From Octopus sinensis (Eukaryota): 64,000 bases of DNA. A program made the position numbers and the translations under genes. This document shows, in pieces, positions 38,960-51,552 of the stretch. The notes below the pieces were generated by a model. That model was not told the origin of the DNA. It was given only the letters and a program-made list of their open reading frames with translations, and searched no databases. The stretch covers positions 1,984,001-2,048,000 of the forward strand of contig NC_043024.1 of the NCBI RefSeq assembly GCF_006345805.1. The letters are read 5' to 3'. Each line of letters begins with the position of its first letter. The stretch's first letter is position 1.

Positions 38960-39172
38960 AAGTACTGTTGCTGAATATCTCATGTTGCGAGATTTATAAA
39001 TAGTAATTTTCTAATCTTTGATCCTATTAGATCTGCTGTATCAGGGGCTGGCTTGTATTTAAACAAAATCTATAATCAATAGAGGGGCTATTTTTCTAAG
39101 GATGGGGGGGATAGATAATACTTAAATATAAAAGAATGTATTCATATATATATATATATATATATATGCATA

Positions 39173-39580
39173 GGCGCAGGAGTGGCTGTGTGGTAAGTAG
39201 CTTGCTAACCAACCACATGGTTCCGGGTTCAATCCCACTGCGTGGCACCTTGGGCAAGTGTCTTCTACTATAGCCTCGGGCCGACCAAACCCTTGTGAGT
39301 GGATTTGGTAGACGGAAACTGAAAGAAGCCTGTCGTATATATATATATATCTGTGTGTTTGTGTGTCTGTGTTTGTCCCCCTAGCATTGCTTGACAACCG
39401 ATGCTGGTGTGTTTACATCCCTGTCACTTAGTGGTTCGGCAAAAGAGACCGATAGAATAAGTACTGGGCTTACAAAGAATAAGTCCCGGGGTCGATTTGC
39501 TCGACTAAAGGCGGTGCTCCAGCATGGCCGCAGTCAAATGACTGAAACAAGTAAAAGAATAAAAGAGTAAAGAGTAAAAG
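39173..39580 (+). mobile_element. SINE family A, full length
   Basis: GGCGCAGGAGTGGCTGTGTGGTAAG head through GACTGAAACAAGTAAAAGA tail with (AGTAAAAG)n. Confidence 0.88.
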
Positions 39581-42500
39581 AGTATACTCTTTCTGTCTCT
39601 CTATTTCTCTGTTACACTCTAACCTTTCCTCATTTGATACTGGATCCCCTCCTCTAATGTGTGGAAAGACACCTTCTTCTGTCTCTCTGACCCCTTCTAA
39701 CTTTTCATCCTCTGACACAAGTTCCCCTCCTCGAATGCCCTGCCCCTCTCATAATCCCTTGTCTTGTGAGTTACTTGGTTACCCTGCCAGTGCTGGTGTC
39801 ACATAAAAGCATCCAGTCCACACTGTGAAGTGGTTGGCATCTGGAAGGGCATCCAGCTGTAAAAATCTTGCCAAAACTAACCTCAACTGTGCTAGTGCCA
39901 CGTAAAAAGCACTGAGTTCACTCTACAGAGTGGTTGGTGTCAAGAAGGGCATCCAGCCGTAAAACCCCTGCCAAAACAGACAAGGTAACCTCAAGTAGTT
40001 TTTTCTGTCTGGCCAGCTCCTGTCAACCATTCTACCCATGCATAGAAGATGGACATTAAACGATGATGATGACGATAACTATGTCTGAATAAAAGACAGA
40101 TGGAATGGATATCACTACAATGTCTTTCTTCACAATAAATCTGCTCGATTAGGGCTGACCTATATTTGAACAAACACTGTGGCTGATCTTTTCTGTTTGG
40201 TTTCACTTTTTGTAATTTTAAAATTAAGTGAACATTATCAAATTCCGTATATTGATGTCATTTTTCGCCCTGAACAAGACGTTATTATTCACATGTTTGG
40301 AAAAAAATTTAGGGAAATGCTACAGAGGTTTGAAGTTTGATCATTTTTACCCAATGTAGATCTGTTTTTATTAGGGATAAAATAGTTACCACTGTTACTA
40401 GCACTTGAGATTATATTCCTAGATAGACGAAATCAGAATAAAATTCGAGAAGGTTGCAGTTTGAATAACGCCTTTGATACTAACAGATCTGCTGGATCAA
40501 AGCCGTCCTATGGCCAACGTGGGTCTGTTTTAATTAAGACATAACTGTGACATAATGCTTTGAAATTTTGGAACGAAGCCAACAAATTCGAGGAAGGGGT
40601 TAAGTTGAATATATCGACTGGTACTTATTTTATCGACCCCGAAAGGATGAAAGGTAAACTCGATCCCAGCGACACTTGAACTCAGAATGTAAAGTCGGAA
40701 GAAATGACGCTAAGCATTTCGTTCGGCTGGGTAACGATCCTGCCAGCTCGCCGCCTTTGAACTGGGATGTATTAAATACAAAACATTAGTATTTTTAAAC
40801 ATGCGTTCGAAGTGGGATGTGGTCACAATTAGAACCTATTTGATTATAGGTGGAACAGAGCTGGACTCTACTGCGGAATATCCGAGCAAAATAATGTGTG
40901 TTCGATAAGAGGAGGAGTTTCACAAACAGATGTTCCCTACCCCAGGGCGTGCATGTGCATGGGGAATCTTATAGAAAGGGCAAAAATAGAGAAAATTAAA
41001 GTATTTTTAAGAATTTTTTTTTTACCTGGGATATTAGAAAGTGTAGGGAATAAAACCCCATAAAAAAAACTACCCTTTTCTTTCTCAGCGGGGTCGAGAT
41101 ATCTATTCTGAAACTCCGCCCAATAACGTAAGTTTTAGCACAAAAATTTAAATAATGGTAAAGTAGAAAAACGTGTGTAAAGATATATTATACTTGTATA
41201 TAGAATCAGATATATTTTTTCATGGTTAGAAAATAAAGCAAAAGCGCTTTTTAGCTATGACAAACACATCGCCTCAGGCATTTTCTCTTACCATTTGTCT
41301 AAGAACGTCTTCTCAACGGTTTCAAGGTTGTCTTCTACTTTCGGAAACGAAAGTAAAAATAATTTTTAAGACGTAATACGAAAAACCGAAACGGAAACAA
41401 CGAAATGTATTTAGTTTTAGCAAATACGTTTCACACCACGCTTACAACCACACCTAACACAAACAATACCTTAATCGTTCACAGAAACGTCACCCCGGGG
41501 ATTCCTTACCATTTGTCTAAGAACAGTTTTCTCTCAGGTTTCAAGGCTGTTACCTATTTTCGTAATGCTTTGAAACAAAAGCGAAATATTTTTAGGGTGC
41601 AATGCAAAAACCCGAAACGGAAATAACGAAATGTATTCAGTTTTCATGAATTCCTTTCTTCTCAAGACCCAGCTAAATTCAATTTATAACAGACACAGGT
41701 ATCTAGTCAATTCGTTTACTCGTTTCAATTATTGGACTGAGGCCATGCTGGAGCAAATCTTCACTTCAATATCATCAGCACAGAAAAATTGGTCGCAACC
41801 AGGGTCACCATCTCAGCGGTGCCCTGGCAAAAATCAACACACTGGACCTTATAGAATATATTGATGGTCAGCAGGCCACAAGATCAGAATTCGGCTCCTA
41901 GACCTCCGAGGCCCCCGGGCAACTGTCTAGTGTGTCCGTTGATAATACACAATAAATTATTATATATATATTGCTTGAATAATCTCGACTTTACTGCTTT
42001 ATTTTATATAAATATATAGACTGATTTCGATATAGGCATACAGTTATTTAAAATATTTCGTCTTTATATATTTTATAACAAATTAATATTCGTTTCGCTG
42101 TTTCCGTTTCAGTTTTTTAATTCTACGAAATTCTATTCAAATGATGACCAGGTACAATAAATTATGTGAACAATTTCATTTGTACCCCGGGTGGATGTGT
42201 TCTGTATATTGCGTTTATTATTACATTTTCATATTTGAAAAATTTAATTGAAACTGTACAGAACTCATACTTTAATTATTAACTACACATTATTTTGCGT
42301 AAATAACGAAAACGTATAATCATTTAACCACAGGTAAACCCCTAGGATCAAAATATTTGGCGATCTTTTGATTATGACAATATTGTCTGTTCCAATTTAT
42401 TTCAAGACATAAATGGAATATTAGACATCATTATCTATCTTAAAATCGCATTTATTATTTCAAACAGTGTGTTTTACAGCAGATTTGGCTGCTATTTCTA

Positions 42501-42924
42501 GCAGCTAGCACGGCCACATATAAGGTTACCCCTGTAGAAATCACGGCACCCCATATAAAGCCCTTATCTTTTCATTTAATGGAATGATGATGCACCCACG
42601 GGCGGTCCATTGCTGAAATCGAAGCAAAAAATTCGGAATATCCCTATTTTAAACTCTGATTTTTTTTAAAAATTCAAAAAAGATTTTAAGAGGGGTAGAA
42701 AACATTTTCTTTAATTTTTGTATAATCGTATGAATTCAAATTCCCCCCCAAAATATAAGTTATGAGGGGTTATATGGGTTGCTTTTATCATAATTCCGCT
42801 AAATTAAATATGAGACTTCATGATCTAACCTAAAAATGTATTTATTATTTCAAAAAGTGTGTTTTACGGCATATTTGGCTGCTATTTCTAGCAGTAGCGC
42901 GTCCATGCTGCAGGTCCTCTGAGT

Positions 42925-43890
42925 GAACGCTCTACATGCTAGAAATAGCAGCCAAATCTTCTTCAAAACAACTTATTTCCAAAAAAAAAGTTGTGGGAGG
43001 GGAATAGGAACAACACATTGAATAAAATGAAGGATGGTCACGTTTGGAATGTCTCTGGTAATAAAACAGTAACATCTTAACTAATTATATGGTACAAATT
43101 ATATTCGATTCAATGAAGCCTTCTAAGTGAACGTCCAAAAATGCTAGAAATAGCAGCCAAATCTTCTTCAAAACAACTTATTTCCCCAAAAAAAGTCGTG
43201 GAAAGGGAATAGGAACAACACATTGAATAAAATGAAGGATGGTCACGTTTGGAATGTCTCTGGTAATAAAACAGTAACATCTTAACTAATTATATGGTAC
43301 AAATTATATTCGATTCAATGAAGCCTTCTAAGTGAACGTCCAAAAATGCTAGAAATAGCAGCCAAATCTTCTTCAAAACAACTTATTTCCCCAAAAAAAG
43401 TCGTGGAAAGGGAATAGGAACAACACATTGAATAAAATGAAGGATGGTCACGTTTGGAATGTCTCTGGTAATAAAACAGTAACATCTTAACTAATTATAT
43501 GGTACAAATTATATTCGATTCAATGAAGCCTTCTAAGTGAACGTCCAAAAATGCTAGAAATAGCAGCCAAATCTTCTTCAAAACAACTTATTTCCCCCAA
43601 AAAAGTTGTGGAAGAGGAATAGAAACAACACATTGAATAAAATGAAGGATGGTCACGTTTGGAATGTCTCTGGTAATAAAACAGTAACATCTTAACTAAT
43701 TATATGGTACAAATTATTTTCGATTCAAGGAAGCCTTCTAAGTGAACGTCCAAAAATGCTAGAAATAGCAGCCAAATCTTCAAAACAGGATATTTAAAAA
43801 AAAAAAAAGGTGGGGGAGGAAGGGACTATGTTAGATTAGGACGTGTGAATAAAATGAGGGATGCTCACGTTTGGAATGTCGTCTCTGGTA
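42925..43890. repeat. 205-bp tandem repeat, about 4.5 copies
   Basis: atgctagaaatagcagcc recurs at 42936, 43141, 43346, 43551, 43756. Confidence 0.93.
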
Positions 43891-43937
43891 GTCATTAGAG
43901 CTTAACCAAGAATAACAGAAACATCATAATTTTTTGA

Positions 43938-44035
43938 AGTGCACGTGTTTAACGGATCAAAATATCGACAGTCCCGGAGCAAACATCCGGCACCGGAAGT
44001 GAGCCGGATTTCTGAATTTTCTGGTTTTCTGGAGA
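43938..44035. promoter_or_regulatory. CpG-rich patch with E-box (CACGTG) and ETS-like CCGGAAGTG
   Basis: gcacgtg near 43941 and caccggaagtg at 43991; shares tccggcaccg and ccggatttctg with the promoter-proximal repeat; lies between divergent PIGZ and NCBP2. Confidence 0.35.
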
Positions 44036-44315
44036 AAATAAACTATGAAAAATTTAGATATAAATTGTATTTTACATTTATATTGTATTTTAAAATTTAT
44101 ACACGTCTGAAGCAAGATTATTTTGGTGTTTATTAAGCTATTAAAATTTTTTTTAAATATTATCATTTCTGCACCGTGAAAATTGAATGGAGGAAAATAA
44201 AAAAGGTTATTTTCAATGAAAATGTTTGGAATAAAGCTAAAATGAAAGCCAAATATATAAATGCATGTGTTTAATTGTCAAAATATGGACATCCCCGAGT
44301 AAAGCATGGTTCTAC

Positions 44316-44532
44316 TTGAGAACAGTGGTCCCTGAGCGCGCACTCGCGTACTCACGCATCCGCGCTAGCTAGTCGTGACTAGTCGATCCTTACTTTGTGT
44401 TTTTTTGTTATTTACTTTGTTTAAAAAATTATTTATTTTGTGTTAAATTTACTCGTAGGATCGACTAGTCACGACTAGCTAGCTCGGATGCGCGGCTACA
44501 CGAGTGCGCGCACCGGGGACCACTGTTCTCAA
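44316..44532. mobile_element. CpG-rich MITE-like element with imperfect TIRs of about 75 bp
   Basis: 44316-44390 is the reverse complement of 44457-44532 with a few mismatches; AT-rich spacer. Confidence 0.8.
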
Positions 44533-44753
44533 TTAGTACCCAAATAAAGCATAATTTTATTTAACAGACACAGATCCCAGATACAAATTAATACACTTCT
44601 AAAACAGTATGTTTAATATTTATCAATCTATTTAAAAAAAAAAAAGTAAAGAGCAAAACTACATTAAAACCCTTTATGCAAATTAACCAACTTCAAAAAC
44701 AAGGGCATGTGTACCCAAAACAGGGTTCAAATATATTATATATATATATATAT

Positions 44754-46130
44754 CAGTGGTTTTCAACCAGGGGTTCCGCAAGAAGTTACCAAAACTGCTA
44801 AAATCGGCAGTAATTTCTAATTCTCCTGTGCAGATATTTGTGCATAAGACAATTAAATCATTGCTCAGGGGTTCCTCGAGCCAGTGGAACGTTTCCTTGG
44901 GGTTCCGCTCCAGCAAAAAAGATTTAAAAAAGCATTGTATTACAGGTACATTGCGCAGTGTTCCCGGATTTCTGGAAGCCGGATAAAAACGTTCCGGCAC
45001 CGTATAAAAGCAAACCTATTGTGTGCATAAGACTATTAAATTATTGCACAGGGGTTCCTCGAGCCAGTGGAACATTTCCTCGGGGTTCCGCTCCAGCAAA
45101 AAGATTGAAAAAAGCACTGTATTACAGTGTTACCGGATTTCTGGAAGCCGGATAAAAACGTTCCGGCACCGTATAAAAGCAAACCTATTGTGTGCATAAG
45201 ACTATTAAATTATTGCACAGGGGTTCCTCGAGCCAGTGGAACATTTCCTCGGGGTTCCGCTCCAGCAAAAAGATTGAAAAAAGCACTGTATTACAGTGTT
45301 ACCGGATTTCTGGAAGCCGGATAAAAACGTTCCGGCACCGTATAAAAGCAAACCTATTGTGTGCATAAGACTATTAAATTATTGCACAGGGGTTCCTCGA
45401 GCCAGTGGAACGTTTCCTTGGGGTTCCGCTCCAGCAAAAAAGATTTTAAAAAAGCCCTGTATTACAGGTACATTGTGCAGTGTTCCCGGATTTCTGGGAG
45501 CCGGATAAAAACGTTCCGGCACCGTATAAAACCAAACCTATTGTGTGCATAAGACTATTAAATTATTGCACAGGGGTTCCGCGAACCAGTGGAACGTTTC
45601 CTTGGGGTTCCGCTCCAGCAAAAAGATTGAAAAAAGCACTGTATTACAGTGTTACCGGATTTCTGGAAGCCGGATAAAAACGTTCCGGCACCGTATAAAA
45701 GCAAACCTACTGTGTGCATAAGACTATTAAATTATTGCACAGAGTAAAGAAATATATTAAATTATTGCACAGGGGTTCCTCGAGCCAGTGGAACATTTCC
45801 TTGGGGTTCCGCCCCAGCAAAAAGATTGAAAAAAGCACTGTATTAGTGTTGCCGGATTTCTGGAAGCCGGATAAAAACGTTCCGGCACCGTATAAAAGCA
45901 AACCTATTGTGTGCATAAGACTATTAAATTATTGCACAGAGTAAAGAAATATATCAAATTATTGCACAGGGGTTCCTCGAGCCAGTGGAACGTTTCCTTG
46001 GGGTTCAGCTCCAGCAAAAAGATTTTTAAAAAAACACTGTATTTACAGGTACATTGCGCAGTGTTCCCGGATTTCTGGAAGCCAAGCCGGATAAAAACCG
46101 TTCCGGCACCGTATAAATACAAACCTATTG
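44754..46130. repeat. Tandem repeat of about 170-215 bp, 7 copies, starting with a hAT/Charlie-like end
   Basis: Begins CAGTGGTTTTCAACCAGGGGTTCC; ccggatttctgg recurs near 44964, 45133, 45302, 45486, 45655, 45852, 46067. Confidence 0.92.
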
Positions 46131-46211
46131 ATCCCGCAGTGAATACTAAATAAAAAGCCCGAGCTTCTCCCTTCCTCCTTCTGTCATCCTCAGTCGAAGG
46201 ATTTCTTCATC
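46060..46211 (+). promoter_or_regulatory. Candidate NCBP2 core promoter/5'UTR
   Basis: CCGG-rich motifs, TATAAAT at 46112, Inr-like GCAGT at 46136-46140, pyrimidine-rich leader before ATG 46212. Confidence 0.45.
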
Positions 46212-46292
46212 ATGAACGCCAGCATGTTTGGGGAGAAGAGAAAACCCATTGGGGCCATAGCGCTCGGGTCCTATAGGGACCAGCACTTCAAG
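46212..46292 (+). CDS. NCBP2: Nuclear cap-binding protein subunit 2 (CBP20), exon 1
   Basis: MNASMFGEKRKPIGAIALGSYRDQHFK|gtatcg; YRDQHF matches the CBP20 N-terminus. Confidence 0.9.
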
Positions 46293-46399
46293 GTATCGAC
46301 TGCAATTATATTTATTTCGTTTTTTTTTTTAAAAAACCCCGTATTTTCCACGTTTTTTGTTGAGATTTCCACGTTTTTTTTTATGTTAGTATTTCAGAA

Positions 46400-47560
46400 C
46401 CGTTATTGTTACGTTCTGGGTTCAAATTCAGCCGAGGTCGGTTCCCCTTTTTTCTTCCTTTTGGGGTCGAGTCCTTGTGTGTCCCCTCTATGCTTAACCC
46501 CTCGTGGGTAGTAAAGAAATAGGTATTTCGTACGTTCTGGGTTCAAATTCAGCCGAGGTCGGTTCCCTTTTTTCTTCCTTTCGGGGTCGATTTAAATAAG
46601 TAACAGTTGAACACTGGCGGGGGTCGATGTAATCGACTTAATACCTATGTCTGTCCTGGTTTGTCCCTTCTACGTTTAGCCCCTTGTGGGTAGTAAAGCA
46701 ATAGGTATTTCATCCGTCTTTACGTTCTGGGTTCGAATTCCACCGAGGTCGACTTTACCTTTCATCCTTTCGGGGTCGATAAATTAAGTACCAGTTACGC
46801 ACTGGTGTCGATATAATCGACTTAATACCTATGTCTGTCCCTGTTTGTCCCCTCTGTGTTTAGCCCCTTGTGGGTAGTAAAGAAATAGGTATTATTGCAA
46901 TTATATTTCTTCGGTTTTTAAACGAAACCGGTGTTTTTCGCTTTTTTAAATCATGTTTATGTTCGTATTTTGAGACCGTTATTATTACATTCCGGGTTCA
47001 AATTCTGCCGAGGTCGGCTTTGACTTTTTTTCCTTTCAGGGTCGATAAAGTAAAGTACCAGTTGAATAATCGACTAACCCCCTTCGCCACGAAATTTCAG
47101 GCTTTGTGTCTAAATTCAAAAGTGTTATTATTATTGTGCACAATGCTTAGTAGCATATGAACTCCATTTCTTTACGTTAGTTCAAACCTCGCCGAGGTCG
47201 GCTTTACATTTCTTCCTTGCAGGGTCGATAAAATAAAGTACGAGTCGAGTATAGAGGTGGATGTAATCGACTTAACCCTCTCCTCCTCTTAAACAGCTAG
47301 CCTTGTGCCAAAAATTAGGCAGAGATAGTACGTTCTGAGTTCAAATACTGCCGAAGTCGATTTTGCCTTTCGTCCATTCAGGGGTCGATAAAATGAACAG
47401 TCGAGTACTGGAGTCGGCGGAGGTAAAGAATACGCACGCCACCCGTTTTCGGCCTAACCCTAAATACCGGAAACGGGTGGTATGCCTATTCTTTACCTTC
47501 GCCCTGGGGTCGATATAATTGACTTACTGCTCCTCAGTTTGTGGCCATGGGCCAAAATTT
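46400..47560 (+). mobile_element. SINE family B cluster at start of NCBP2 intron 1
   Basis: Multiple degenerate core units. Confidence 0.65.
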
Positions 47561-47761
47561 GAGATATTATTGTTTTTATTGTACCTAAAGCTTAGCAGTA
47601 TTTCTTCTGACTCTACTACCCAGGTTCAAATTCAGCTCGAAGCCCTGCTTTGCTTTTCATCTGGATGAAATAAAGAGCAGTTATATACTAGGGTCTGTGT
47701 ACTGACTTAACTCTTCCCCTCAGAGCAGATGGCCTTGTATCCAAAATTTGAAGTTATCTCA

Positions 47762-48590
47762 GGCGTGACTGTGTGGTAAAAGAATCTTGCTACCCAACCA
47801 CATGGTTCCGGGTTCAGTCCCATTGCGTGGCACCTTGGGCAAGTGTCTTCTGCTATAGCCTCGGGCCATCAAAAGCTTTGTGAGTGGATTTGGTAGAGGG
47901 AAACTGAAAGAAGCCTGTCATAGATATGTATATAAATATATATCTATGTATATATGCATGTATATGTTTGTGTGTCTGTGTTTGTTCCCCACCATCGCTT
48001 GGTGTGTTTACATCCCCGTAATGTAGCAGTTTGGCAAAAGACACCGATAGAATAAGTACTAGGTTTACAAAGAGTTTGGCAAAAGACACCGATAGAATAA
48101 GTACTAGGTTTACAAAGAGTAAGTCCTGAGTAAAGACGGTGCTCCAGCATGGCCATAGTGAAATGACTGAAACAAAGAATAAAAGAAATATATATATATA
48201 TAGGCGCAGGAGTGGCTGTGTGGTAAGTAGCTTGTTTACCAACCACATGGTTCCGGGTTCAGTCCCACTGCCTGGCACATTGGGCAAGTGTCCTCTACTG
48301 TAGCCACGAGCCACCAAAGCCTTGTTAGTGGATTTGGTAGACGGAAAGTGAAAGAAGCCTGGCGTATATATGTATATATATATGCGTTTGTGCATCTGTG
48401 TTTGTCCCCCTAGCATTGCTTGACAACCGATGCTGGTGTGTTTATGTCCCCGTTACTTAGCGGTTCGGCAAAAGAGACCGATAGAATAAGTACTGGGCTT
48501 ACAAGAAGAATAAGTCCTGGGGTCGAGTTGCTCGATTAAAGGCGGTGCTCCAGCATGGCCACAGTCAAATGACTGAAACAAGTAAAAGAG
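47762..48590 (+). mobile_element. Two tandem SINE family A copies in NCBP2 intron 1
   Basis: Heads at about 47762 and 48203. Confidence 0.8.
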
Positions 48591-49499
48591 TTATACATAT
48601 ATATATATATTTGATTGAAGTCAAATATATATTGTTCACATCAACCCCAGTGCTTGACTGGTACTTAATTTATCAACCCCCGAAAGGATGAAAGGCAGAG
48701 CCAACCTTGGCAGAATTTGAACTCAGAGCATAAGGACAAACAAAAGGCTGCCAAGCATTTCACCCAACATGTTAACAATTCGCTTCTACTCTAGGCACAA
48801 GCCCCACAATTTTGGGCAAGCGGAGTGCTATCAATTAGATCAACCCCAGTGCGCAACTAGTACTTAATTTATTGACCCCGAAAGGATGAAAGGCAAAGTT
48901 GACCTCAGCGGAATTTGAACTCAGAGCATAATGGCAGACAAAACTTATTCCTTTATTGCCCACAAGGGGCTAAACATAGAGGGGACAAACAAGGACAGAT
49001 AAAGGGATTAAGTCGATTACATTGACCCCAGTGCGTAACTGGTACTTAATTTATCGACCCCAAAAGGATGAAAGGCAAAGTCGACCTCGGTGTAATTTGA
49101 ACTCAGAACGTAACGGCTGACGAAATGCCGCTAAGCATTTCACCCGGCGTCTTAACGATTCTGCCAATCTCGCCGCCTTTGTTGGTTTAGATAATATTAA
49201 AACTAGAAAGTTTGTATCGGAGAAGCTGCAACCTTTGGAGCAAATTGCCATCAAAAATGGTTAATCCATTGAACTGCTGGAAAAATTCTTTTGGTTGCTA
49301 TTTTTAGCAACCAATTCCTTGTCAAATCTACGTGCAGGCTTGGCTGTGAGGTGAGAAGCTTGCTTCCCAACGACATGGTTCTGAGTTCAGTCCCACTGCT
49401 TGACACCTTGGGCAAGTGCCTTCTACTATAGCCTTAGGCTGACCAAAACCTCGTGAGTGGATTTGACAGACAGAAACTAAAAGAAGCCCATTGTATGTA

Positions 49500-49554
<55 letters not shown>

Positions 49555-49951
49555 CTGTTTGTCCTCCCGTCATCACTTGACAACTGGTGTTGGTGTGTTT
49601 ACGTCCCCATTACCTAGTGGTTCAGCAAAAGGTACTGATAGAATAAGTACTAGTCTTAAAAAAAAGATTTGTTCAACTAAAACCCCTCAAGGTGGTGCTC
49701 CAGCATGGCCACAGTCAAATGCCTGAAACCAGTAAAAGAATAATAAAAGAATGCTATACTATATAGAAATGCTACATTAGATGTCGTAGATATGAATACA
49801 TTGCCTCTGTAAAGAAAACCATATGGGATGGTCATGACTGGAATGTCTCTGAGCGTAATTCTACTCAAGCTGGAGCTTGACCAGCAACCATTAATCTTTG
49901 TGTCTCTCTGTCACACACTCTTTGTGTTTTTCCCTCTCTCTCTATTTTCAG

Positions 49952-50133
49952 GGTAGTCGGTTCGAGCAGGAGCAGGCGTTATTGCTCAGCACCACCCTGT
50001 ATATCGGGAACCTGTCTTTCTACACCACCGAGGAACAGATCCACGAACTCTTCAGTCGATGTGGAGACGTGAAACGAATTGTGATGGGTTTGGATAAAGT
50101 TACAAAGACGCCGTGTGGGTTTTGCTTCGTCGA
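49952..50133 (+). CDS. NCBP2: NCBP2 exon 2 (RRM N-half)
   Basis: ttcag|GGT; [48 protein letters not shown](E); ends at the U12 donor GTATCCTTT. Confidence 0.96.
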
Positions 50134-50305
50134 GTATCCTTTAGAGACCGCCCCACAATGCGTGGGGGTGTATAATGTATATATACCTGTGTTTACAACA
50201 TATACCTAGGTTTACTATATATACATTAGATATATGTAATATATATATATGATAGATCATTAGCCACTACACACATTTTTTTCTCTCCTTGTTTTTTCTG
50301 TGTCC

Positions 50306-50341
50306 CTTTCTGACGAAGAGCGTAGGCTCAAAACGTAAAAG
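50306..50341 (+). ncRNA. Minimal hammerhead-like motif (G12A) in NCBP2 intron 2
   Basis: CTTT-CTGACGA-A-GAGC-GTAG-GCTC-AAAAC-GTA-AAAG. Confidence 0.55.
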
Positions 50342-50469
50342 ACTTTTTCTATTCCTGAGCGTTATACTAATACATCTGTTTGTTTTGTACACCACCTGTC
50401 TTCGTCTTTTGTTTTTTTACGCAAACTCTCCCTCTCTCACTCTCTCTCTCTCTATATATATATATAATA

Positions 50470-50856
50470 GGCGCAGGAGTGGCTGTATGGTAAGTAGCTT
50501 GTTTACCAACCACATAGTTCCGGGTTCAGTCCCTCTGTGTGGCACCTTGGGCAAGTGTCTTCTACTATAGCCTTGGGCCGACCAAAGCCTTGTGAGTGGA
50601 TTTGGTAGATGGAAACTGAAAGAAGCCTGTCGTATATATGTATATATATGTGTGTGTGTTTGTGTGTCTGTGTTTGTCCCCCCAACATTGCTTGACAACC
50701 GATGCTGGTGTGTTTGCGTCCCCCGTAACTTAGCAGTTCAGCAAAAGAGACCGAAAGAATAAGTACTAGGCTTACAAAGAATAAGTCCTGGAGTCGATTT
50801 GCTCGACTAAAGGCAGTGCTCTAGCATGGCCGCAGTCAAATGGCTGAAACAATTAA
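50470..50856 (+). mobile_element. SINE family A in NCBP2 intron 2
   Basis: Full-length consensus match. Confidence 0.85.
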
Positions 50857-51518
50857 AAGGAAGGAAAAGAAAGGAATATGTTATACATATATATTATATA
50901 TATACAAATTGAGATAGGGGTTGTAAATGCAACCCTTCATGGGATAACATATATCCAATATACTGCTAGTAAAGCACCCAATAAAGTTAATACATAAATG
51001 CTAAGAATTGCGATACAATTAATTCATTTATTGTATTATATGGGCAAAGGTAAAATGTTTTACCACAAATTCATAATACAAAATAAGAAAATGGAGAAAT
51101 ACATCGAAATCAAATATCAATTACCAGATAATACTCAGTCACATACTTTATTAAACCACCACATAAGAGACTATAAGGTCAAACATAATATGCAAGGTAA
51201 AACAGTGTACATGAAGGAGTGTACATAAAATAGTAATGTTATACAATAAGTAGAATACGTATAATAGAACGGTTTAATAAAGTATGTGATTGAGTATTAT
51301 CTGGTAATTGATATTTGATTTTGATCCGTCTGGCACCTGTGCGGGTGGCACGTAAAACGCACCCACTACACTCACGGAGTGGTTGGCGTTAGGAAGGGCA
51401 TCCAGCTGTAGAAACATTGCCAGATCAGACTGGAGCCTGGTGCAGCCTTCTGGCTTCCCAGACCCCAGTTGAACCGTCCAACCCATGCTAGCATGGAAAG
51501 CGGACGCTAAATGATGAT

Positions 51519-51552
<34 letters not shown>

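Noticed and set aside
44683-46153. Repeated 65-105 aa ORFs (PDFWKPDKNVPAPYK)
   Set aside because: Translations of the tandem repeat with frequent frame changes; no domain similarity recognised.
46293-46301. NCBP2 intron 1 donor GTATCGAC as a second U12 site
   Set aside because: It lacks the CCTT of the U12 consensus, and the acceptor has a normal polypyrimidine tract; treated as U2.
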